Origin: an uncultured Alphaproteobacteria bacterium
GTDB lineage: Bacteria > Pseudomonadota > Alphaproteobacteria > RF32 > CAG-239
Assembly: GCA_905235385.1 (NCBI GenBank)
Contig: CAJOLB010000005.1
Span: 1-51,210 of the forward strand
Length of the DNA stretch: 51,210 nucleotides
Reading direction: 5' to 3'
Under the pieces are notes generated by a model. That model worked only from the letters and a program-made list of their open reading frames with translations, was not told the DNA's origin and did no database searches. Positions within the stretch are counted from its first letter, which is position 1. Each line of letters starts with the position of its first letter. A program made the position numbers and the translations under genes. Shown here piece by piece: positions 1 through 8,746 of this stretch.

Positions 1-208
1 GAACAACAGCACCGACAAAAAGCATTAAATATTTTGTTAAAACACCGACAATTTCAGACTTTGAAACCGTGCTTAAAGCGCCGATCATTTGAGCCAAGAG
101 CCAGTTATGGTAACGCGCCAAAACCGTTTCAACGGTGAGCATAAAAAAAAGACCGATGGTGATATATTTTGCCTGTTTGATGTATTTATATAAAAACCGC
201 CAAACCAT
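1..208 (-). CDS. ABC-exporter-like transmembrane protein, N-terminal fragment running off the window start
   Basis: Open minus-strand frame from ATG at 206-208 (MVWRFLYKYIKQAKYITIGLFFMLTVETVLARYHNWLLAQMIGAL...). AGGAGG (215-220) lies 6 nt upstream. The N-terminus resembles MsbA-type exporter leaders. Absent from the ORF track because it is truncated. Confidence 0.45.
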   Translation of the reverse strand, partial: MVWRFLYKYIKQAKYITIGLFFMLTVETVLARYHNWLLAQMIGALSTVSKSEIVGVLTKYLMLFVGAVV

Positions 209-329
209 AAAACGCCTCCTTTAGGAAAGGATAGTATGTAAAAAAAAACTGCTTGTCAAGCAAACGTTCTTTAAATCATTGACAATTTGTTTTTATCTTA
301 TATAGTCAAAGCATTAAAATTCTACAATT

Positions 330-656
330 ATGGAATATGCTATTGTGTTCGCCCTTTTCATGGGTATGTTGTTCGGTCTTGTCGCTTTCAACAAAACAGG
401 AGAGGTTTATCCGCCCATCGTCGGTGGTTTTGTGTGTATCTTGTTTTGGGCTTTCTTCAACGGGTTTACTCAAAACTTTCTTAACACAGATTGGACGTGG
501 CTCAATCCTCTTTTGTGGTTTCAGGCCGGCTTAACCGCTTTTGTCGGTGCTATTGTCGGGCGCAACAACACCTATCAACCCGCAACCAAAAAGAAGGGGT
601 TGTTGAGATTTATTGTGCCTGTGGTTTTGTTTTTAATCGCCATTATTCTGCTTTGA
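330..656 (+). CDS. small integral membrane protein, unknown function
   Basis: 108 aa ORF with 3-4 hydrophobic segments. TTGACA(279-284)-N16-TATAGT promoter-like sequence upstream. Followed by hairpin terminator 657-687. Confidence 0.55.
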   Translation: MEYAIVFALFMGMLFGLVAFNKTGEVYPPIVGGFVCILFWAFFNGFTQNFLNTDWTWLNPLLWFQAGLTAFVGAIVGRNNTYQPATKKKGLLRFIVPVVLFLIAIILL

Positions 657-687
657 AAAAATCGCCCTTGAAAGAAGGGCGATTTTG
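657..687. terminator. bidirectional rho-independent terminator
   Basis: Stem ATCGCCCTT (661-669) / AAGGGCGAT (675-683) flanked by an A-run and a T-run, between convergent ORFs. Confidence 0.7.
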
Positions 688-690
688 CTT

Positions 691-1236
691 TTATTTATTG
701 AGCTTGAAAACCAAATCAAGCGGCGGCAACGAGCGGCCGCGAACGGTAAAACCCGAAATACTCATGCGCATATTATCAACTTTTTCACAAGTCAGCGGAG
801 CTAAAAACTGAAGTGTGCCGATATGAACAACTTCATCAACCTTGACTGTTGTGCTGTTTTTAATCAAATTCGAGCCGTAAACTCTTTTTTCTTCACGAAA
901 ACCGTTTCCAGAAAACATAATGCGCGCACGCTCAACCATCTTGCTCCAAGAAAAATCACCTTTTTGAGCCTTTTTATAAATATCTATTTCAAACTTTATG
1001 TCTTTAATGCGCTTGTTTGAAAGACATTGAGGAGAGTTCGGCATAAAGTTGTCAACATAAAAAGTCAGCTCCATTTCAGAATCTTTGTTGAAAGCTTTAA
1101 CAGCACTGCCGCTTTGCTCAACTTCCCAAGAATTTGTTGACTTATTTTCAACCTCAAAATTATGAACCTGATCGGAAAGGCTTTCAAAACCGCAAATCCC
1201 GAAAAGAGCAACACAAACCGCTAAAACCTTTTTCAT
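691..1236 (-). CDS. secreted hypothetical protein
   Basis: 181 aa with N-terminal signal peptide MKKVLAVCVALFGICGF. No recognisable domain. Confidence 0.6.
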   Translation of the reverse strand: MKKVLAVCVALFGICGFESLSDQVHNFEVENKSTNSWEVEQSGSAVKAFNKDSEMELTFYVDNFMPNSPQCLSNKRIKDIKFEIDIYKKAQKGDFSWSKMVERARIMFSGNGFREEKRVYGSNLIKNSTTVKVDEVVHIGTLQFLAPLTCEKVDNMRMSISGFTVRGRSLPPLDLVFKLNK

Positions 1237-1273
1237 ACCATTTCTCCTTAAAAATGAACGGTGTATTTAAAGC

Positions 1274-1654
1274 CTATTTAAAACGCTGAACATAAGCGTC
1301 AAACCGCTTTGCATCAACATCAGACCAACCCATAATATAGTAATCGCCCATGCAAATCAGCGGTGTTCCGAGCGTACTCTGACTGAGATGAAACTTTTGC
1401 GCACACTTTAAGAAAAGATTATAGCCGGACGTATCTTTCACATCAACATTAACCATTTTAAGATTCGGATATTTTTGACGGATATATGTTGAGGCATGAT
1501 GACAATGAGGGCAGGTTGTCTGATAAAAGAAATAAATATATTTATTACTGATTTCATTTCGAGTTGAAGCATTCGCGCCTGACGTTAAATCATCATTGCA
1601 CGCGCCGACAAAAACAAACATCAGCGCAACAAGAAAAGTTTTCAAAAGTTTCAT
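1274..1654 (-). CDS. thioredoxin-fold lipoprotein (CPHC thiol:disulfide oxidoreductase-like)
   Basis: Start chosen at MKLLKTFLVALMFVFVGAC (lipobox VGAC), preceded by AAGGAG. Redox motif TTCPHCHH. The ORF-track start at 1699 would overlap the upstream gene. Confidence 0.65.
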   Translation of the reverse strand: MKLLKTFLVALMFVFVGACNDDLTSGANASTRNEISNKYIYFFYQTTCPHCHHASTYIRQKYPNLKMVNVDVKDTSGYNLFLKCAQKFHLSQSTLGTPLICMGDYYIMGWSDVDAKRFDAYVQRFK

Positions 1655-1664
1655 AATCGTCTCC

Positions 1665-2243
1665 TTATTCAATGCAGCAATCAACGGCTTTGCGCACAAA
1701 GGCTTTCATTTTAGAAAGCGCACCTTGAGGTTTTTCTTCTTTCACTTCTTCTTTGAGCGATACGGATTCGCTGATTTTATCGGCAATCTTTTTAACGTCT
1801 TCAACGCTGTCTTCAATCCATTTGGCATCAGCAACGTTGAGCATATTCATATTCAACCCCCAAAAGAGACAATACATATCATAGGCTTTGTTAAACAAGT
1901 CATACGCCTGTTGTTTGTTGCCGAGAGATTGTTGTTTTGTGCCGACTTCCATTAAACGCATTGAGGTTGCAAGAAGATGCTTTGAAATGCACCAAACTTC
2001 ACCCTCATAAGAAGGAATAATTTTTTGCATTAAACGCTTGCGTGTTTCACGCACTTCTTCAATCAAATCATAAAACGAGGTTTTGCCTGTTTTCGCGCCT
2101 GAAAAAACAAGATGTTCTTCAATCGAAATCAGGTTCATAATCGCGATGGTTAAATCTTGATCGGAAGAAAGGTCTTTCGGATTGACCTTTTTGGTTGCAT
2201 CAATGCGTTCAACAAATTCCTTAACGTTTTGAGCTTTGTTCAT
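1665..2243 (-). CDS. hypothetical cytoplasmic helical protein ending in CCIE
   Basis: 192 aa ORF, no signal peptide, charged C-terminal tail with a Cys-Cys pair. First gene of an apparent three-gene minus-strand operon. Confidence 0.6.
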   Translation of the reverse strand: MNKAQNVKEFVERIDATKKVNPKDLSSDQDLTIAIMNLISIEEHLVFSGAKTGKTSFYDLIEEVRETRKRLMQKIIPSYEGEVWCISKHLLATSMRLMEVGTKQQSLGNKQQAYDLFNKAYDMYCLFWGLNMNMLNVADAKWIEDSVEDVKKIADKISESVSLKEEVKEEKPQGALSKMKAFVRKAVDCCIE

Positions 2244-2389
2244 TTTAATTCCTCTTATAAAAAATTGCTTTTTTACAGTATGGTTCTTTTTGCTTAAATT
2301 ACAAGATGTTTTTTTGGGTTATCGGATTTTTTATAAAAAAATTTGCAAGCAGTAACCGGCTATCCGTGTTTTAAAACAAAATGCGGAGA

Positions 2390-2495
2390 ACAGGTCAGAT
2401 AAGTTCAAAATAAAGGCAAAAGTACCGGAGCGTACAAAAAAGTACGTGAGGACACTTTTGACCTGCAATTTTGGGCTTAGATGACCTGTTATACG
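2390..2495 (+). repeat. structured palindromic repeat, copy 1 (MITE/REP-like), overlapping the ruvC stop codon
   Basis: 106 nt, about 94 percent identical by eye to 14265-14368 (4 substitutions and a 2 nt indel). Termini ACAGGTCAGATAAG / CTTAGATGACCTGT are inverted. Confidence 0.8.
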
Positions 2496-2968
2496 CGTTT
2501 TGTCCGGAAGTGAGCGTGGGTGATGGCAATTGCCAACGCATCTGACGAGTCATTGTTTTTGGGTTTGGCACCTGAAAGAAGGATTTTGACCATCGTTTCT
2601 ACTTGAGATTTTAAGGCTGAGCCTGTGCCGACAAGCGCCTTTTTGACTTTGCTCGGCTCATATTCAAAAAGAGGTATGTGATAGGTGCCGGGGGCAAGAA
2701 CAACAACACCGCGCGCATGCGAAAGCTTGATGGTTGACATCGGGTTTTCATTTAAGAAAATAACTTCTATGGAGGCTTCTTCGGGATGATAGGTTTCTAT
2801 GACCGCGCAAAGCGAACGATATAAAACATCAAGCCTTTCTTCCAAAGGTTGTTTTGGGTTTGTTTTGATAAAGCCGTCGGCAATGTATTTTAAACGGCTT
2901 CCCTCTTGTTCAATAACCCCCCAACCCGTTGAAGAAAGGCTTGGGTCAAGACCTATAATCCGAACCAA
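2489..2968 (-). CDS. ruvC: crossover junction endodeoxyribonuclease RuvC
   Basis: 159 aa. MVRIIGLDPSLSSTGWGVIE N-terminus and C-terminal DALAIAITHAH are typical of RuvC. Lies downstream of yebC. Confidence 0.9.
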   Translation of the reverse strand: MVRIIGLDPSLSSTGWGVIEQEGSRLKYIADGFIKTNPKQPLEERLDVLYRSLCAVIETYHPEEASIEVIFLNENPMSTIKLSHARGVVVLAPGTYHIPLFEYEPSKVKKALVGTGSALKSQVETMVKILLSGAKPKNNDSSDALAIAITHAHFRTKRV

Positions 2969-2971
2969 AAA

Positions 2972-3727
2972 TTATTCCCCTTGAAGTTTGGCTAAAATAT
3001 CTTCGGCAATTTCGGCGTTATGGTAAACGTGCTGAACATCTTCATCGTCTTCCAAAGCGTCAATAAAGTCTAAAAACTTTTGTGCCGTTTCAAGGTCGGT
3101 GATTTCCGTTTTAACAATCGGTTTCCAATCCAAACGCGAAACAGACGGTGTGCCGAATTTTTGTTCCAACGCCGATGTGACGGCAAACAAATCATCAGGA
3201 AGCGTTTCAATGCTGTGTGTTTCTTCATCTGAAGAAACATCATTTGCGCCGGCTTCCAAAGCCGTTTCAAACATTTCATCGCTTGTTGCGGCAGAAGCCG
3301 GATATTCAATGTAGCCGATGCGTTCAAAATTAAACGAAACAGAGCCCGTTTCACCAAAAGAACCGCCGCGTTTGTTGAAAATCGTGCGGACATTGGTCGC
3401 CGTGCGGTTTTTGTTATCCGTCAAAGCTTCAACGATAACTGCGGCTTTGTTCGGTGAAAAGCCTTCATAATGAATTTCAACAAAATCTGCACCGCCGGCA
3501 ACTTGTGTGGCTTTGGCAATGGCGCGCTCAATATTGTCTTTCGGCATACTTTCGGCACGCGCCGCTTGAATGGCAAGTCTTAAACGCGGGTTTTTATCCG
3601 GCTCGGGCAAGCCTGATTTTGCAGCCACCGTAATTTCACGCGCAAGTTTTGCAAAAACGCGCGCTTTTTTAGCGTCTTGAGCGCCTTTGCGATACATAAT
3701 ATTCTTAAATTGGGAATGCCCTGACAT
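2972..3727 (-). CDS. yebC: YebC/PmpR family DNA-binding transcriptional regulator
   Basis: 251 aa. MSGHSQFKNIMYRKGAQDAKKARVFAKLAREI is the family hallmark N-terminus. Confidence 0.9.
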   Translation of the reverse strand: MSGHSQFKNIMYRKGAQDAKKARVFAKLAREITVAAKSGLPEPDKNPRLRLAIQAARAESMPKDNIERAIAKATQVAGGADFVEIHYEGFSPNKAAVIVEALTDNKNRTATNVRTIFNKRGGSFGETGSVSFNFERIGYIEYPASAATSDEMFETALEAGANDVSSDEETHSIETLPDDLFAVTSALEQKFGTPSVSRLDWKPIVKTEITDLETAQKFLDFIDALEDDEDVQHVYHNAEIAEDILAKLQGE

Positions 3728-3801
3728 TTTTTATTCTCCTATTATCTTTTGTTTTTATGCTTTTTTTATAATCATTTTGTTTTTTTGTTGCAAGAATTTT
3801 T

Positions 3802-4536
3802 TTATTGTTTTAATTCGCCTTTAATAAGCAAAAAGCGAGGCGTTTTGTCGCCGAAAACTTTGTATTTTGAAACAAGTTCCAAAGACTTTTCATCAACTTG
3901 AGGTTCTTTTTTAACAAACTCGGTCGTTTGAGCGCCCGTTTGAGCAGAGACTGCCTCATCAACCTTGTTTTTATCAACTTTGATTTCTGTCGGTGTTTTT
4001 AAAATCTTATCCAAAATACTCTGCGTTTCTTTTGAGCGGCGATTTGTAAAAACAATATTTTGCTTGTCTGTCGGAAGCTTTTCCAAAACTTCTTCCAAAT
4101 TAGACAATTGGTGTTTTTTCTTGAGCAAATTGATGTCATCAACAACCAAAATATTAACGTTTGAAAGGTCAACTTTTTCTTCTTTAACCAAATCTAAAAT
4201 CAAATCAGGTGTTGCAATAACAACATTTGACTCATCTTCATCATCAGATGCGTGATACTTGTTGAAAAGCGCAAAACTGTCTGAAACATTGTTGGCTTGA
4301 AAACTGTCTGCCGTAATAATCAGAATATTTTGATTTTTCTTTGAGGCCAAAACCTCAATAAGCGGAAAAACATAAGAATATGTTTTGCCCGATCTTTGGG
4401 GAGCAATCGCAAAAATATCTTTTCCTTCCAAAACAGAAGGAATGACATCTGCTTGAACCGTTGTCGGTTGAGAAATGCCGAGCTCGTTGATTGCTTTGAT
4501 AGTCGGCTCGGTTAAACCTAAATCTTTAAATTCCAT
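3802..4536 (-). CDS. DEAD-box helicase-like protein, N-terminal RecA domain only, degenerate motifs
   Basis: 244 aa. Q-motif-like FKDLGL...PTTVQ, Walker A APQRSGKT, motif II VVDD instead of DEAD. No helicase C-terminal domain. Confidence 0.6.
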   Translation of the reverse strand: MEFKDLGLTEPTIKAINELGISQPTTVQADVIPSVLEGKDIFAIAPQRSGKTYSYVFPLIEVLASKKNQNILIITADSFQANNVSDSFALFNKYHASDDEDESNVVIATPDLILDLVKEEKVDLSNVNILVVDDINLLKKKHQLSNLEEVLEKLPTDKQNIVFTNRRSKETQSILDKILKTPTEIKVDKNKVDEAVSAQTGAQTTEFVKKEPQVDEKSLELVSKYKVFGDKTPRFLLIKGELKQ

Positions 4537-4704
4537 TTTTTCCTCATTTGTATTTGAATTTTTGATAAAAATATATCAAGACATCTTTAACGTCAAGAGT
4601 TGATTAATGTTTTTTAAACTGTTTATTGTTCCATTTTTAAGTTGAAAAAAAAAGCAAGATGCATAATATAGGGGCAGTTTTAAGTTTATTTAGGAGATTT
4701 TAAT

Positions 4705-5739
4705 ATGCCTTTGATTTCTATGCGTCAGATTTTGGATCACGCAGCTGAGAACGGATATGGTGTTCCGGCTTTTAACATTAATGATATGGAGCAGATTATT
4801 GCCGTGCTTCAGGCTGCGCGCAAAGTTAACGCCCCTGTTATTTTACAAACATCAACGGGCGCAAGAAAATTTGCCGGCGATCCGATGATCAGACATATGG
4901 TTCAAGCAGGGCTCGAAATGTTCCCCGAACTGCCGATTTGTATTCACCAAGACCATGGTTCTTCGGTTGATATCTGCCAAAGCGCTATCGTAAACGGTTA
5001 TTCTTCCGTGATGATGGACGGATCATTAGAAGCTGACGGAAAAACACCTTCTTCTTACGAATATAATGTTCATGTTACAAAAGAAGTTGTTGCTCGTGCA
5101 CACGCCGTCGGTGCGTCTGTTGAAGGCGAGTTAGGCGTTATCGGCTCACTCGAGACAGGCAAAGGCGATAAAGAAGACGGACACGGCGCAGAAGGCACGA
5201 TTGATAAAAAACGTTTGGTAACAGATCCTGATGAAGCCGCACGTTTTGTTGCCGAAACAAATGTGGACGCTTTAGCTGTGGCTGTCGGCACATCACACGG
5301 TGCATACAAGTTCACAAGAAAACCGGACGGTGAAATTTTAGCAATTGATGTGATTGAAAAAATCCACAAAAAATTGCCGAACACACATATGGTGATGCAT
5401 GGTTCTTCTTCCGTTCCGCAAGAATTGCAAGATTTAATCAACGCTTATGGCGGTGCAATTCCGCAGACTTACGGTGTGCCGGTTGAAGAAATCGTCAGAG
5501 GTATTAAATCAGGCGTTAGAAAAGTCAATGTTGACACAGATTGCCGTATGGCTATCACAGGCGCAATCAGACGCTTGTTTACGGAAAGCCCGAAAGAATT
5601 TGACCCGCGTAAATACTTAAAGCCGGCGATTGAAGAAATGCAAAAAGTTTGCGAAGCGCGCTATATTGCTTTCGGTGCAGCAGGTCATGCGGATCAAATC
5701 AAAGTTGTTCCTTTGTCTGAAATGGCAAAAAGATATTAA
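4705..5739 (+). CDS. fba: class II fructose-bisphosphate aldolase
   Basis: 344 aa. [36 protein letters not shown] and HGSSS motifs. RBS AGGAG upstream. Confidence 0.9.
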   Translation: MPLISMRQILDHAAENGYGVPAFNINDMEQIIAVLQAARKVNAPVILQTSTGARKFAGDPMIRHMVQAGLEMFPELPICIHQDHGSSVDICQSAIVNGYSSVMMDGSLEADGKTPSSYEYNVHVTKEVVARAHAVGASVEGELGVIGSLETGKGDKEDGHGAEGTIDKKRLVTDPDEAARFVAETNVDALAVAVGTSHGAYKFTRKPDGEILAIDVIEKIHKKLPNTHMVMHGSSSVPQELQDLINAYGGAIPQTYGVPVEEIVRGIKSGVRKVNVDTDCRMAITGAIRRLFTESPKEFDPRKYLKPAIEEMQKVCEARYIAFGAAGHADQIKVVPLSEMAKRY

Positions 5740-5755
5740 ACTGTTTTATCAAAAC

Positions 5756-5786
5756 AAAAAGCCGCTCACTCAAGAGCGGCTTTTTT
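5756..5786 (+). terminator. rho-independent terminator after fba
   Basis: Stem GCCGCTC (5761-5767) / GAGCGGC (5774-5780) followed by TTTTTT. Confidence 0.75.
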
Positions 5787-5800
5787 AATTGATGGCTGTT

Positions 5801-6718
5801 TTATTTTTGAATGACAGATACAAGAAGTGCTATTGAGGCTACAAAAACAATTTTCCATTTTCTCGAGCCTTGCATATCTGCTTTTTTGAATTTAAGACAA
5901 ACAATAAACCTTGAAAAAAACATTACCCACAAAATCATCGTATAAAACAAACACGAAACATATGCCGGATTTAAAGCGTCATGCATAGCAATTTGTTTCA
6001 ATATCATCACACACAACAACAAAACAAACATTGAGCTTTTTTGAAGGTTTTCAGCGGTGAGTAATTTTTTGATATTTTTATTATTTCTCTTATAAAGCCA
6101 CAAGTGAATTATGCCAACGACAAAACAAAAAATAAACACATTTTGACACGCACAACAAAATAAATTATCTGTCGAATAAAGCATAACTTTTTTGTTAAGC
6201 ACCGCCAAAACAGAACTCAACACTACAACAGGAAGCATAAAAACAAAAGCTTCTCTCGTGTATTGAACTTTCTGATATTTTGTTAAAGACAGAACAACAC
6301 CGCATATTGCAATTAAAATCAAACAAAATTGCTTCGGATTTCGAAAATACTCGCTTAAAAGCCCCGTATCAAGAAAACACCACACAAAAAAGGTCAGTAC
6401 AACCGAAAAAGGTGTGATGGCGCTCACAACTTCAGAGCCGTATTTTTGATTAAGCTTAAAAGCAACAAAATCAACATAAGCTATAATAAACCCTTGCAAA
6501 ACAGAAATAAGATAAAAAGGATAAGAAAAAATAACAGGTTTATAAAATAAAAATGGTGCTAAAAAAAGCGAAACAACAAACCCGCGATAGACCATAAAAA
6601 CATTTGCACTAAACTTGATGTTTTGTGCCGTAAGGGTGTAAAAAGCGGCTATCATTGCGGCCAAAAGTATATATAAAATCCACATCATTGTTTTAATAAA
6701 TTTGAGGCGTTGTTTCAC
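5801..6718 (-). CDS. DMT/EamA-like polytopic membrane protein
   Basis: 305 aa with about 10 hydrophobic segments in two halves. GTG start at 6718 overlaps the GT2 stop. Alternative ATG at 6688. Confidence 0.6.
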   Translation of the reverse strand: MKQRLKFIKTMMWILYILLAAMIAAFYTLTAQNIKFSANVFMVYRGFVVSLFLAPFLFYKPVIFSYPFYLISVLQGFIIAYVDFVAFKLNQKYGSEVVSAITPFSVVLTFFVWCFLDTGLLSEYFRNPKQFCLILIAICGVVLSLTKYQKVQYTREAFVFMLPVVVLSSVLAVLNKKVMLYSTDNLFCCACQNVFIFCFVVGIIHLWLYKRNNKNIKKLLTAENLQKSSMFVLLLCVMILKQIAMHDALNPAYVSCLFYTMILWVMFFSRFIVCLKFKKADMQGSRKWKIVFVASIALLVSVIQK

Positions 6719-7778
6719 CGTTCCATAAAATTTTGATTTTACCTTTCTCTTTGCCGATTACTTTTCCGCCTTTTTTCTTTCTTTCAGAATAAAACTTTCC
6801 TGTATTTATTGAAAAAATAACGTGATCCTCATAACCATCTTCATAAACAATTTTCTGATGTGTGTAAGTCGGATCATAGATACCGCTTTTACAGTGTGTC
6901 ATATACATTTCATCAAGTAAATTTTGCCTAAAAAAACGATTATGCGTACGAACATAATTTAAACGTTCGCAAGTCATCTCCGGAAAATCAAAATTAGGAA
7001 AAAACTTTTTCCATCTATCTTTATAAATAATACTTTGTATTTCCATAATTTTATCATAATACTGTTGCGGATTTGTGCGATGTATTCTGTATTGATAAAG
7101 ACTTTTATTTAGCGTCATCATTTTACCACCATGAGCAAAAAGTTTGTCATAAATAGCAAATTCCTCAACCAGAGGAACGCTTTCATCAAAAAAGATTTTA
7201 TGTTTTTTGATGAAATCCGCACGCCACATTCCTGTTGTCAAAACAATCGGCATTCTTCCGATTAAAAAGGCGATTTCGGCCTTTTCAGGATCAGTTTCGG
7301 TCGGCCAAAGATAAATCATGCGCTCACTATTTAAAAGGCTGATTTGCGTACCTAAAATCGTAATATCATTATGTTTTTCCAAGAACCTGACCTGTTCTTC
7401 AAGCCTTGTCGGCTCTGAAACATCATCGTCATCTTGCCATGTAATATATTTTCCTGTTGAAAGAAAAATCCCTTTATTGCGGTTTGGAACAATACCTTGA
7501 TTTGTTTCGTTGTTTATAACCCGAACACGTTTATCTTTAACTCTGTAGTTTTCCAAAACCTCCGCCGTATTGTCACTCGAGGCGTCATTAATCACAATCA
7601 ACTCAAAATTTTGATAAGTTTGGTTTAAAATCGAATCAAGAGCACGCGGCAATAAATCATGCCGATTATGTGTCAATAAAATAACACTAACTTTCGGAGT
7701 GCTTTTATGTAAAAAGAACACTCCGAAAGACACTAAAATCGACAATATCAAAACAAAAAATATTTTGACATACGACAT
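6693..7778 (-). CDS. family 2 glycosyltransferase with N-terminal membrane anchor
   Basis: 361 aa. VSVILLTHNRHDLLPRALDSILNQTYQNFELIVINDASSDNT and a DDDD acidic motif are typical of GT2. Confidence 0.8.
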   Translation of the reverse strand: MSYVKIFFVLILSILVSFGVFFLHKSTPKVSVILLTHNRHDLLPRALDSILNQTYQNFELIVINDASSDNTAEVLENYRVKDKRVRVINNETNQGIVPNRNKGIFLSTGKYITWQDDDDVSEPTRLEEQVRFLEKHNDITILGTQISLLNSERMIYLWPTETDPEKAEIAFLIGRMPIVLTTGMWRADFIKKHKIFFDESVPLVEEFAIYDKLFAHGGKMMTLNKSLYQYRIHRTNPQQYYDKIMEIQSIIYKDRWKKFFPNFDFPEMTCERLNYVRTHNRFFRQNLLDEMYMTHCKSGIYDPTYTHQKIVYEDGYEDHVIFSINTGKFYSERKKKGGKVIGKEKGKIKILWNGETTPQIY

Positions 7779-7787
7779 ATGCGACTA

Positions 7788-8102
7788 TTACCACCCGTAA
7801 GGAGAATACGGATTCGATCCATAACCATCATCGGGATATATGGGATCGCCCCCTATGACACCAGTATTATCGCCGCCAATAAAAACATTATCAGACTCAC
7901 AATGACGGGGTGTTTTACCTGAAAACACCATCGAAATATTGTTTGGCGATGAATCGCTTGTAGCGTCAATAGCAACACTCTTCGTATATTGGACACAATC
8001 AATATCTGCAATCGAAGAACTGTTTGTTTCGGCTATTACAGTTCTTACCAACATCCCGAAAGACCAGATTAAAACTACCGTAAAAAATATTATTTTTTTC
8101 AT
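7788..8102 (-). CDS. small secreted protein with G/D/P/Y-rich C-terminus
   Basis: 104 aa with signal peptide MKKIIFFTVVLIWSFGMLV. Lies 9 nt and 19 nt from its neighbours, so the genes look operonic. Confidence 0.5.
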   Translation of the reverse strand: MKKIIFFTVVLIWSFGMLVRTVIAETNSSSIADIDCVQYTKSVAIDATSDSSPNNISMVFSGKTPRHCESDNVFIGGDNTGVIGGDPIYPDDGYGSNPYSPYGW

Positions 8103-8121
8103 AAATATTCTCCTAAAACCA

Positions 8122-8607
8122 TCACAGCGCAGTTCCCGTCGAAAGACCGACGCTCATTAAAGTTTGGTTGACGATATTGTTTCCATCAGAACCAAGTTCA
8201 ATCGCAACTCTTTGAGGTAAACCTTCGATATCAATCTTAAAAGCACCATTTGCTATACCGGCATAATCTACCGCATACACATATATTCTTCCTTTAAACG
8301 GATTAAGAACACTTCCGTCAGGTTGAATCATTTCTCTCGGAATTGCATTTAAGCTGACAGCAAAAGCTGTACCTGTTGTTTTATCTGTTCCCAAGGCGGA
8401 ATAATCAAGTTCATTTTGAAAAGCTGTAATAAGGTTGGTTGTGATCATTTGGATTTCATTAACAAGCGTATTTGTTTTGTGTTTTTCCATTGCTTTGCTA
8501 TAACCCGCAAGCCCGCCTGCCGACAATACGCCGATAATAGCTAAAACACCTAACATTTCGACCATACTTCGACCATTATTATTGTTATACATTCTTTTTC
8601 CTTTCAT
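8122..8607 (-). CDS. prepilin-type (type IV pilin/pseudopilin-like) N-terminal domain protein
   Basis: 161 aa. Short basic leader, then G-RSMVE-MLGVLAIIGVLSAGGLAGY: Gly, Glu at +5 and a hydrophobic helix, which is the class III signal architecture. Confidence 0.7.
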   Translation of the reverse strand: MKGKRMYNNNNGRSMVEMLGVLAIIGVLSAGGLAGYSKAMEKHKTNTLVNEIQMITTNLITAFQNELDYSALGTDKTTGTAFAVSLNAIPREMIQPDGSVLNPFKGRIYVYAVDYAGIANGAFKIDIEGLPQRVAIELGSDGNNIVNQTLMSVGLSTGTAL

Positions 8608-8705
8608 GTTATAAAATCATCAAAATTTTAATTAAAAAAAAAGTTCAAATCAAATATTTAAAAAAAGATTGTGTGTATTTTAGTATGTAAAATATTCTAA
8701 AAAAC

Positions 8706-8746
8706 AAAAACCGCCATAAAGGCGGGTTTTTTAATGGTGCCGACAG
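8706..8746 (-). repeat. direct repeat copy: last 12 nt of tRNA-Thr (including CCA), spacer and complete terminator
   Basis: 41 nt, identical to 8883-8923 and 177 bp away. Confidence 0.9.

Noticed and set aside
3070-3393. Antisense or alternative-frame shadow ORFs inside well-supported genes. Examples are 3070-3393, 3099-3314, 5070-5441, 26497-26766, 26967-27251, 37487-37804, 38140-38406, 41986-42348, 42385-42792, 49081-49380 and 50293-50568.
   Set aside because: Each is fully contained in a longer ORF with clear family motifs. Their compositions are typical of out-of-frame translation.
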